From contig CAVTNB010000002.1 in NCBI GenBank assembly GCA_963736005.1, positions 37,444-101,443 on the forward strand: a stretch of DNA of 64,000 nucleotides, given 5' to 3'. Both the position numbers and the translations under genes were made by a program. The stretch is from an uncultured Pseudomonadota bacterium (GTDB taxonomy: Bacteria; Vulcanimicrobiota; Vulcanimicrobiia; Eremiobacterales; Eremiobacteraceae). Shown here piece after piece: positions 39,650-47,892 of this stretch (position 1 is its first letter; every line of letters begins with the position of its first letter). The notes below the pieces were generated by a model that saw nothing but the letters and a program-made list of their open reading frames with translations, had not been told where the DNA came from and made no database searches.

Positions 39650-40558
39650 ATGGGCATCATCTTGGGCTTGTTGGCCGGCATCACGTACGGCGCGGCCGAT
39701 TTCATCGGCGGCCTTGCGACCCGTCGCTCAACCGTTTTTTCCGTTGTCGTCGTCTCGCAGCTGACGGGCTTACTCCTCCTCCTCGCGCTGCTGCCAATAC
39801 TCCCTGCAGCGCACCCGCAGCGCGACGATATCGTGTGGGGATTGCTCTCCGGCGCCGCCGGGGCGCTGGGCATTTCGCTGCTGTATCGCGGTCTTGCAAT
39901 CGGGCGCATGAGTCTGGTTTCGCCGATTACCGCAGTCATCGCAGCCATCATCCCGTTTGTGACAGGCCTCCTGCTGCGCGAACGGCCATCATCATTTGCA
40001 ATCGCTGGCGTCGGCATCGCGTTGCTCGCAGTCGTGTTTGTGTCGTCCACCGAAATGCCTGGCCAGCCGGCGTCAAACGCAGCGCCGGGATTTGTTGGGA
40101 CGCCTCTGGTTTCAAAGAATCCCAACGCCATGCGCACCTGGCTCCTCCAGCCCGGGCTTTTTGAGGCAGCGCTTTCCGGCATCGGCATCGGATTGTTTTA
40201 TGTCTTCCTCGCGCACACGCACGCACAGGCCGGCATGTGGCCCTTGGCCGGCGCGCGCCTGTCGTCCGCGAGCATTCTCACGGCCATCGCGCTCATTACT
40301 CGTCGATCTGTGCTGCCGAATTCGGGCGGGTGGGGGCCAATCGCGATTGCAGGCGTCCTCGATATGTTTGCCAATGCCTGCTACCTGCTCGCCACCCGCC
40401 ACGGGTTGCTTGCGATCGTTGCAGTTCTGGCTTCGCTGTATCCGGCGAGTACGGTGCTCTTGGCCCGCATCGTCCTACACGAAAAACTGAGCGCACTGCA
40501 GCTGGTCGGAGTTGCGTGTGCCCTAGTTGCAATTGCGCTCATCGCAGTGGGCTCGTGA
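39650..40558 (+). CDS. EamA/DMT family transporter
   Basis: 302 aa, about 10 TM segments, two EamA-like halves. Confidence 0.8.
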   Translation: MGIILGLLAGITYGAADFIGGLATRRSTVFSVVVVSQLTGLLLLLALLPILPAAHPQRDDIVWGLLSGAAGALGISLLYRGLAIGRMSLVSPITAVIAAIIPFVTGLLLRERPSSFAIAGVGIALLAVVFVSSTEMPGQPASNAAPGFVGTPLVSKNPNAMRTWLLQPGLFEAALSGIGIGLFYVFLAHTHAQAGMWPLAGARLSSASILTAIALITRRSVLPNSGGWGPIAIAGVLDMFANACYLLATRHGLLAIVAVLASLYPASTVLLARIVLHEKLSALQLVGVACALVAIALIAVGS

Positions 40559-40566
40559 GGAACCAA

Positions 40567-41064
40567 ATGCAGGACAGCGACCGAACTCGCACCGTCAGTT
40601 GGAAAGATCCAAGCCTTGTCGCGGATGCGGCCAAGACCAAAAGCGGCCTCGAGCGACTCCAGGCGATCATGCGAGGCGAAGTCCCAGCGGCGCCGATGGC
40701 CATCCTCGTCGGCATTTCGCTTACCAGCGTCGAGCCTGGCGTTGTTGTCTTCGAAGGGCAGCCCGCCGAGTACCATTACAATATCGGGGGTGTTGCGCAT
40801 GGCGGCTTTGCTTGCACGCTCCTAGATTCCGCGCTGGGCTGTGCGGTGACCTCAACGTTACCGGCGGGCCGAAGCTGCGCGACGACCGACCTGCACGTGC
40901 GTTTCATTCGACCCATCACCCTGAGCAGCGGACGGGTGCGCTGCGAGGCACGCGTTTTGCACGTCGGTAAAACGATCGCCACCGCGGAGGCGAACGTTAC
41001 GGACGCGGCCGGAAAATTGTGCGCGCACGCGACGACCGCGTGCGCGATTTCGCAAGAAGGATAA
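40567..41064 (+). CDS. PaaI-family hotdog-fold thioesterase
   Basis: From ATG 40567 (GAGGA upstream): ...YHYNIGGVAHGGFACTLLDSALGCAV...TTDLHVRFIRP... Confidence 0.75.
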   Translation: MQDSDRTRTVSWKDPSLVADAAKTKSGLERLQAIMRGEVPAAPMAILVGISLTSVEPGVVVFEGQPAEYHYNIGGVAHGGFACTLLDSALGCAVTSTLPAGRSCATTDLHVRFIRPITLSSGRVRCEARVLHVGKTIATAEANVTDAAGKLCAHATTACAISQEG

Positions 41065-41077
41065 CGAATAAACCCGG

Positions 41078-41102
41078 AGCGGACCTAAAGGTCCGCTGCT
41101 AC
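41078..41102 (-). repeat. REP-like element, minus orientation (GTAG-C-AGCGGACCT-TT-AGGTCCGCT)
   Basis: Almost identical to the element at 46839-46863. It lies directly after the rhodanese TAA stop. Confidence 0.8.
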
Positions 41103-41103
41103 A

Positions 41104-41971
41104 TTACGCGGGGGTGGGGGTCGCGACTTCTTTCACGATCGGCACATCGATGAGATTGCCATATTCCGTCCACGATCCGTCGTAGTTGCGAACGCTCTCG
41201 AAGCCCAGCAGATACTTGAGCGCAAACCACGTGTGCGACGAGCGCTCACCGATCCGGCAGTACGCGATAATGTCTTTCTTCGGTGTCGACTCCCTTGCCA
41301 CCATACAAGTCCGACAGCTCATCCGCACTCTTGAACGTTCCATCGTCGCGCACCGCCTGCGCCCACGGGACGTTCACAGCGCCCGGAATGTGCCCAGCTC
41401 GCTGCGCCGTTTCCGTCATCCCCGGCGGCGCAATAATCTCGCCGTTGAATTCCGGCGCCGAGCGGACGTCCACTAAGTAATACGACTTGTCGGCAACCGC
41501 TTCCAACACCAGATCGCGCTTGGCCCGCAATTCTGGATTGACTTCGGTGACGCGATACTGCGTCCGCGGGTACGTGGGCACGTCCTTGGTCAGCGGCCGG
41601 TTCTCGGCAACCCACTTCTTGCGGCCGCCATCGATGAGCAGCACCTTTTCGTGTCCGTAGTACTTGAGGATCCAAAACGCAAAGGCGGCGAACCAATTGT
41701 TGTTGTCGCCATAGAGCACGACAGTTGTGTTGTTCGCAACACCGCTCGCCGAGAGCAGCTCTTCGATTTCCTCGGTCGTCGGAATGTCGCGCCGAATCGG
41801 ATCGTTGAGCTGCGTTTGCCAGTTGAAGCCAATGGCTCCCGGCATATGTCCTTGCTCGTAGGCGGTCGTGTCCACGTCTACTTCAATGAAGCGCAAATTC
41901 GGATCGTTCGTATGTTGCTGTGCCCAATCCGTGGTCACCAAAACTTCGGGGTGGGCGTAGTCTCGAGCCAT
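41104..41971 (-). pseudogene. sseA: two-domain rhodanese (thiosulfate/3-mercaptopyruvate sulfurtransferase, SseA-like) with a frameshift at about 41282
   Basis: ORF 41246..42064 ends ...[20 protein letters not shown]. The active-site part [27 protein letters not shown]...[11 protein letters not shown] continues in the adjacent frame (ORF 41104..41343). Start is ATG 41971 with GGAG upstream. Confidence 0.8.
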
Positions 41972-42090
41972 AGTGTGGGACTCCTTCGGTCGTACGTTAA
42001 GGGGCCTCAACTGTTCGTCGCCTCCCCGCCCTCTCCTCGACGGTAACCTAGAGGTAAGCGCCAAGAAACCCTTAATTTCGAAAACATCTC

Positions 42091-43513
42091 ATGTTTTTTC
42101 AGCAAGTCTATGACGAAGGGCTCGCGCAGGCTTCGTACGTGATTGGGTGCGAGTCGACCGGCGAGGCTCTGGTCGTCGACCCGCGCCGCGATGTCGATGC
42201 GTATACTGCCCTTGCCGCTCGACACGACTTGCACATCGTGGGAGTCGCGGAAACGCACATTCATGCGGACTACCTATCCGGCGGCCGCGAACTCGCAGCC
42301 GCCACCGGCGCAACCCTCTATCTCTCGGGGCTTGGCGACGAGGGCGAGGGATACGTTGCAAACCAGCCCGACGTTCGGGTCAAACTGGTGCGCAATGGTG
42401 ATGAGATTCGCATTGGTGAAGTTCGCGCCCGCGTGCGCCACACGCCAGGGCATACCCCAGAGCACATTTGTTTTGAGATCTTCGATGGATCTGACAAGAC
42501 CGTGCCCATGATGTTGCTCAGCGGCGACTTCATTTTTGTCGGAGATCTCGGCCGGCCCGACTTGCTCGAACAGTCGCTCGGTAAGACCGGGAGTGCGCAA
42601 GCCAGCGCGCGCACCCTGTTTGGGAGCCTGCGCCGGCGTGCTGCAGGACTTGCCGGATTTTGTGGCGATCTGGCCGGCGCACGGTGCAGGATCTGCATGC
42701 GGCAAAGCCCTGGGCGCCGTGCCCAGTACGACGCTCGGTTACGAGCGTCGTTTTTCTTGGTGGAGTCAATTTCTCGAAAATGGCGATGAGGCTGGGTTCG
42801 TCAAGGCGCTGCTCCAAGGGCAGCCAGATGCCCCGACGTACTTCGCACGCATGAAGCATGACAATCGCGGTTTCACGCCATTGCTGCATTCGTTGCCGCA
42901 ACCTCCGCTGCTTGACGCGACAGCCCTGCGCGCGGCGCTCGACGCGGGCGCTGCGCTCGTTGATACCCGCCCGCGCGATCAATTCTGCTCGCTCCACATC
43001 AAGGGGGCCCTTTCGGTGCCGGATCGATCCCCGTTCGCAAGCCGCAGCGCCTGGTTTCTTTCCCCCGACCAACCCATCGTGCTGCTAGCGGACCAAGAGC
43101 GAATAAAGCCACTCGTGCGCGCGCTTGTGCGCGTGGGTTTGGATCGCGTGGTCGGCTACATCAAAGACGTACAATCCTCGGGACTGCCAACCGCCTCGTT
43201 GCCACAAGTGAATCCGGAGGAGGCCAAGCGGCGTTGGTCCGCGCGCGAGGCGGTGCTCATTGATGTGCGCCAGCGTGCTGAGTTCGCCCTTGCCCACATC
43301 CCAAACACCACGCACGTCAGCGCGGGTTCGCTCGCAGCAAGCCTCGCGGTCATTCCGCGCAATCAGCCCATCCTTGTGTTCTGCGCCGGCGGTGACCGCT
43401 CGGTGGCTGTGGCCAGCGTTCTGCGTGCCTCGGGCTTCGAAAACGTCGCCAACATGCGTGGCGGCTTTGACGAATGGAAGTCACGCGGCTTTCCCGCCGA
43501 ATCTGGGCTCTAA
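42091..43513 (+). pseudogene. MBL-fold persulfide dioxygenase-like protein fused to two rhodanese domains, with a frameshift at about 42631-42640
   Basis: ORF 42091..42789 has ETHIHADYLSG...HTPGHTPEH...DFIFVGDLGRPDL. After ...TLFGSLRR the conserved VLQDLPDFVAIWPAHGAGSACGKALG plus two rhodanese domains (active-site loop FCAGGDRS) continue in ORF 42536..43513. Confidence 0.8.
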
Positions 43514-43618
43514 CGGGCTCCACTTCGTTCGCGATTTGTTCTAGCAGTGTAGGTCCAGTGCAACCCGAGTCGAACAGCCTAGCTTCGCTTTTTAACAACC
43601 TTTGTAAGGAGGTTTGCA

Positions 43619-44326
43619 ATGGCTTCTCGGAAGCAGTTTTTGGCGACAACTGCGCTCGGTGTTTCGGCTGCAGCTCTTTCCCAGGCGGGCATCGCGGCTG
43701 CGGCGCCAGCCGGCCGCACGCCGGTTCACTTTCACGTTGTCAAGCCTGGCGAATTCGACAACGCGGCAATGACAAAAATCCTCACGCAAAACAATGACAA
43801 CAAACAAGTCTTTCAATCTGTCGAGTTGCTCACGGTCGCCCCAGGCGTTGCGAGCCTCTACATCCACATGCAGAACGCCATGAACGCTTATCAGTTTTCC
43901 TATGGCTTAGGTGCGGGGAGCTTGGCGACGCTTGCCGTGCTCATTGGTCCATCGATCGTGCTGGGACTCAATGACGCGATGTGGCACAAGTATCACATTG
44001 GCGCGGCGTTCAAACTCGACTCCACCAACACGTACTACCAGGCGGATTCGAATCTCGACCCATCCGCAAGCCCCGATGACCCCAATGGAATCTATCAGGA
44101 CTGGAGCGCCCAAGCGTGCCTCAAACGCGGCGCTTCGTTCATGATGTGCCACAACGCCACGACGGCTGTCGCCGGGGTGCTCGGGCAGGCAGCCAACGTT
44201 GATCCGGCCACCGCGCTCTCGGACTTCGTCCACAATATGCTCCCAGGGTTTCTTATGGTTCCCGCGGGGGTTGCAGCGGTGCAAGCAGCGCAGTCAAATG
44301 GTTGGAAACTGTTTCCGATCATCTAA
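43619..44326 (+). CDS. Tat/Sec-exported DsrE/DsrF-like (COG1416-like) sulfur-relay family protein
   Basis: Signal MASRKQFLATTALGVSAAALSQAGIAAA. C-terminal ...GASFMMCHNATT...LPGFLMVPAGVAAVQAAQSNGWKLFPII resembles the C.N(T/A)...VP(S/A)GV...Q..G(Y/W) ending of DsrE-like proteins. AAGGAGG RBS. Confidence 0.45.
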   Translation: MASRKQFLATTALGVSAAALSQAGIAAAAPAGRTPVHFHVVKPGEFDNAAMTKILTQNNDNKQVFQSVELLTVAPGVASLYIHMQNAMNAYQFSYGLGAGSLATLAVLIGPSIVLGLNDAMWHKYHIGAAFKLDSTNTYYQADSNLDPSASPDDPNGIYQDWSAQACLKRGASFMMCHNATTAVAGVLGQAANVDPATALSDFVHNMLPGFLMVPAGVAAVQAAQSNGWKLFPII

Positions 44327-45109
44327 ATGGCGTCGCTCGTCTTACTTGCGCTCTACGGGCTGATCGTTGGTATCTCATTAGGGCTAACTGGCGGAGGGGG
44401 ATCGATTCTCACGGTCCCTCTCCTCGTTTATCTTGTCGGCCAACCCGTGCACGTCGCCATTCCGACCTCCCTTGTGGTCGTGGGCGCAACCGCATTCTCT
44501 GGCTACGCCCGCCGGATATCCCAAGCGAACTCATTCGACGGAATCGTGGTCGGTCTCGCGGGCATTTTTGGCGCCGTGCCCGGACGGCTCTTCGCGCAAT
44601 CTTTTTCTGGTCGCACGCTGTTGCTGCTCTTTGCGGCGATCATGCTCGTGGCTGCAGTCTTGATGTTTCGCTCAAAGACGTATACCTCGCGGACTGGGCC
44701 AAGACCACATTGGGCTCTGGTCATCGCTGTCGGCGTGGCGATCGGATTCCTTACCGGGTTCTTGGGGGTGGGAGGTGGTTTTCTCATCGTTCCGGGTCTC
44801 GTGCTCTTGCTCGGCACATCAATGGAGATTGCGATACCAACCTCACTGCTCGTCATCGCCATCAACTGCGCCTCGGCCCTCCTCGGCCCGCTCTTGCTCG
44901 GACATGGCTCGGCGGCGATCGGAGCTATCGATTGGCGGGTTGCACTCCTCTTTGTGGCCGGCGGTATTGTGGGCGCGGTGTTGGGACGAGCGGCCGCCAG
45001 TCGGCTCGATCAGCGAATGCTCAAGCAGGTGTTTGCGGTCTTTATCTTCGCTGTTGCGCTCTTTGTGGTGGGCAGCACTACGGGAGTGATCCCGCTGGCC
45101 GTAAAATAG
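44327..45109 (+). CDS. TauE/SafE family sulfite/anion exporter
   Basis: 260 aa, GISLGLTGGGGSILTVPLLVYL and a repeated half; about 8 TM segments. Confidence 0.85.
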   Translation: MASLVLLALYGLIVGISLGLTGGGGSILTVPLLVYLVGQPVHVAIPTSLVVVGATAFSGYARRISQANSFDGIVVGLAGIFGAVPGRLFAQSFSGRTLLLLFAAIMLVAAVLMFRSKTYTSRTGPRPHWALVIAVGVAIGFLTGFLGVGGGFLIVPGLVLLLGTSMEIAIPTSLLVIAINCASALLGPLLLGHGSAAIGAIDWRVALLFVAGGIVGAVLGRAAASRLDQRMLKQVFAVFIFAVALFVVGSTTGVIPLAVK

Positions 45110-45123
45110 TGTTTGTTTTTCGC

Positions 45124-45465
45124 ATGGCTGACAGAGGCGGATTGCTTCACCCGGATATCGACGACTACGATCCAAAACAGACCCAAGCCGAAGTAAGTGC
45201 CGGTGCGATGCTCGTCGACGTCCGCGAACCACACGAGTGGAATCTTGGTCACCTGCCCGGTGCCCAGCACATTCCAATGGGTGAGATCCCAAGTAGACTT
45301 GCGGAGCTGCCGCGCAACCGAAAGATCATCTTTACTTGCCGGTCTGGCAATCGCAGCGGGCACATCAAAGACCTGCTCATCGACGAGTTCGGCTATACCG
45401 ACGTGCACAACCAACTCGGCGGTATTATCGCCTGGCAGCTCGACGGGTTGCCCACCGTCAAATGA
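45124..45465 (+). CDS. single-domain rhodanese-like sulfurtransferase
   Basis: From ATG 45124: ...LVDVREPHEWNLGHLPGAQHIP...IIFTCRSGNRSG (active-site Cys loop). Confidence 0.8.
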   Translation: MADRGGLLHPDIDDYDPKQTQAEVSAGAMLVDVREPHEWNLGHLPGAQHIPMGEIPSRLAELPRNRKIIFTCRSGNRSGHIKDLLIDEFGYTDVHNQLGGIIAWQLDGLPTVK

Positions 45466-46277
45466 TTCGGGCGGCCTCGCTCATTTCGCTCGCAGCCGGG
45501 TGCGCGATCGTCGTTGCCTGCGCGGGCCAGATGCACTCCCAAACGCAGGCGCCCGCAATCGATCCGGCGTCATTTGCGGCCAACGCAACGTTTCCGCCAG
45601 GACCTTCGGGTCAGCTGATCGCGTATGGTCACGACCTCATCGCGCAAACCCCCAAATATGCAGCTGAGAATATTACCGCACGCATGTCGTGCGCCGCGTG
45701 CCATCCAAACGCGGGGCGAACGCCTCACGAGGGGTCGCTGCTTGGCATCTACGCCATGTTTCCCCAGTGGAACAAGCGTTCCAAACGCTTCATTGCATTG
45801 CAAGACCGCATTGCCGAATGTTTCCTCTACAGCATGAATGGCAAACCCCCAGCATACTACAGCAAAGAGATGGTTGCGATCACTGCCTACATTGCCTTTC
45901 TTTCACGCGGTGCCAAAGTTGGCGAAGGTTTTCAAAATCAGGCTGCCGTCAAGGTCAAGGCCGGTGCCCCAAATGTCTCCAATGGAGCGCGTATTTACGC
46001 GGCGCGCTGCGTGTCGTGCCACGGCGCGACTGGCAACGGTGCCATGGATGGAGATCCTCCGTTGTGGGGCTCGGCGTCATTTAACGACAAAGCCGGCATG
46101 AGCCGGATGGATCGTATTGCCCCGTTTGTGCGGACAGCCATGCCCTTCAACGCTCCCGGCACGCTCTCCGACCAAGAAGCAACCGACGTTGCCGCATTCA
46201 TCTTGACCAAGCCTCGACCGCATTTTGACAAGTCGAAGCTCGTGCAGTTTCCGTTAGAGAAAGCTTCTTATTTCTAA
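45462..46277 (+). CDS. dihaem c-type cytochrome, thiosulfate dehydrogenase TsdA-like; lipoprotein signal
   Basis: ATG 45462 (ATGA overlap). LISLAAGC lipobox, two haem motifs CAACH and CVSCH, and LQDRIAECFLYSMNGK with a conserved Cys 39 residues after the first CxxCH. Confidence 0.65.
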   Translation: MIRAASLISLAAGCAIVVACAGQMHSQTQAPAIDPASFAANATFPPGPSGQLIAYGHDLIAQTPKYAAENITARMSCAACHPNAGRTPHEGSLLGIYAMFPQWNKRSKRFIALQDRIAECFLYSMNGKPPAYYSKEMVAITAYIAFLSRGAKVGEGFQNQAAVKVKAGAPNVSNGARIYAARCVSCHGATGNGAMDGDPPLWGSASFNDKAGMSRMDRIAPFVRTAMPFNAPGTLSDQEATDVAAFILTKPRPHFDKSKLVQFPLEKASYF

Positions 46278-46834
46278 TGGAACCTACACGCGAACAAGCG
46301 TGGGACCTTGTTTGCCAGCACGTCAAAAACCCGGCGCTGCGCCGCCACATGCTGGCGGTTGAGACGGCCATGCGGTCGTATGCGCGTAAGCTTGGAGCCG
46401 ATGAAGAGCGTTTCGCCATTGTCGGGCTGCTGCACGACTTCGATTGGGAAATTCACCCGAGCGTGCAGGAGCATCCCGAACTTGGCTGCCGCATGCTCGA
46501 AGATCTCGGGTATCCAGCCGATATCGTGAAAGCCATACGCGGCCATGCGACCTACCTGGGCGTGCCCCGAGATACCGATGTAGCGCGAGCCTTGTACGCA
46601 TGCGATGAGCTCAGTGGCTTTCTCACGGCGGTAGCCTACATTCACCCGTCAAAGACGATTCGTGAAGTGACCGTAGCATCCGTAAAGAAGAAACTGAAAG
46701 ACAAACGGTTTGCCGCCAACGTCAACCGCCAGGAAGTTTATGAGGCAGCGCAGGAGTTTGGGGTGATGCTGGACGAGCACATCGCATTCCTTATCACGGC
46801 TTTCACCGAGAACTCCGCCGCTCTCAACCTCTAA
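46277..46834 (+). CDS. HD-domain phosphohydrolase
   Basis: 185 aa with RRHMLAVE...GLLHDFDWE (HD motif). Confidence 0.75.
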   Translation: MEPTREQAWDLVCQHVKNPALRRHMLAVETAMRSYARKLGADEERFAIVGLLHDFDWEIHPSVQEHPELGCRMLEDLGYPADIVKAIRGHATYLGVPRDTDVARALYACDELSGFLTAVAYIHPSKTIREVTVASVKKKLKDKRFAANVNRQEVYEAAQEFGVMLDEHIAFLITAFTENSAALNL

Positions 46835-46838
46835 TAAT

Positions 46839-46886
46839 GTAGCAGCGGACCTTCAGGTCCGCTTTGGAGCGCGAATTCATTCGCGC
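46839..46886 (+). repeat. two REP-like palindromes (GTAG-C-AGCGGACC-TTCA-GGTCCGCT, then GCGCGAAT-TC-ATTCGCGC)
   Basis: Read directly. They lie between the HD gene stop and the msrA RBS. Confidence 0.8.
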
Positions 46887-46900
46887 GTTGGAGAAATAAG

Positions 46901-47374
46901 ATGGAACAAGCAACGTTCGGAGCTGGATGTTTTTGGGGCGTGGAGTCTGCCTTCCGCCAAATCCCCGGCGTGATCGACGCTAAAGTTGGCTACGAAGGCG
47001 GGACGCTCCCAAACCCAACGTATAAAGACGTGTGTTCGAACAAGACCGGTCATGCAGAGGTCGTGCAGATAACGTTCGATCCAAAGCGTGTGTCCTACGA
47101 GGCGCTGCTCGCTGCGTTTTTTGACCTGCACGATCCCACGCAGCTCAATCGCCAAGGCCCAGACTTCGGCACGCAGTATCGTTCGGTGATTTTCTACCAC
47201 TCGCCCGCGCAGCAGGCGGCAGCGCAGAAAGCGCTCGCCGAACTCTCAGCCTCCGGCCGCTACAAGAAACCTATCGTGACGCAGCTCGTGCCGGCGACGA
47301 CGTTCAACCTCGCTGAAGAGTATCATCAACGATATTTTGAAAAAATGGGGATCGCGCCGACGTGCCATACATAA
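46901..47374 (+). CDS. msrA: peptide-methionine (S)-S-oxide reductase (cytoplasmic form)
   Basis: [14 protein letters not shown] active site. 157 aa. Confidence 0.9.
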   Translation: MEQATFGAGCFWGVESAFRQIPGVIDAKVGYEGGTLPNPTYKDVCSNKTGHAEVVQITFDPKRVSYEALLAAFFDLHDPTQLNRQGPDFGTQYRSVIFYHSPAQQAAAQKALAELSASGRYKKPIVTQLVPATTFNLAEEYHQRYFEKMGIAPTCHT

Positions 47375-47512
47375 CACGCGCCGTGCCTCGGTAGCAAGCT
47401 GCCCGACATGTCATCGCCTACGAGTGCTGTATCGAAGGTTGAAGACACGAAACAACAGGCGCACGCCATATCTAGGTGATACTGGCAAAGCTGCAGAATA
47501 TCCCGACCGTTT

Positions 47513-47881
47513 ATGCGGAAGAGGGAGCACCTAAGTCATGAAAGCTCTCTATTCGTGAGCGACACGCCACAGGCCCGGCATATCTCCTTCGCGCAGGCAG
47601 GCGACCTCTCGTTGCTACGGCTGAAGCATGGCACGATGGCGATAGAGTACTATGCGCCGCGAGATGTCGACCACCAAACACCCCACATAAAAGATGAGAT
47701 CTACATCATCATGCACGGGCATGGATGGTTCCGTCATGGCACCGAACGCGTCGCCTTCGCCGAGGGTGATGCGCTTTTCGTTCCCGCGGGCTTGGATCAC
47801 AAATTTGAGGAATTTAGCAAAGACTTCGCGACCTGGGTGATCTTTTATGGAGCTGAAGGCGGCGAACAAACGCGGCGTTGA
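47513..47881 (+). CDS. cupin domain protein
   Basis: DEIYIIMHGHGWFRHG...GDALFVPAGLDHKF cupin motifs. The start may be GTG at 47555. Confidence 0.6.
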   Translation: MRKREHLSHESSLFVSDTPQARHISFAQAGDLSLLRLKHGTMAIEYYAPRDVDHQTPHIKDEIYIIMHGHGWFRHGTERVAFAEGDALFVPAGLDHKFEEFSKDFATWVIFYGAEGGEQTRR

Positions 47882-47892
47882 TATTCCAGCGT

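Noticed and set aside
20803-43513. Selenocysteine (TGA) recoding as an explanation for the interrupted mmsA, rhodanese and PDO genes, considered because selA and selB are in the window.
   Set aside because: In every case the conserved sequence resumes in a different reading frame, not after an in-frame TGA. The active-site cysteines are encoded by normal Cys codons.
47538-47558. Six-codon upstream ORF (MKALYS*) with a GAGGGAG RBS, whose TGA overlaps a GTG (47555) in the cupin frame.
   Set aside because: It is too short to evaluate without conservation or ribosome-profiling data. It is recorded only as a possible alternative start context for the cupin gene.
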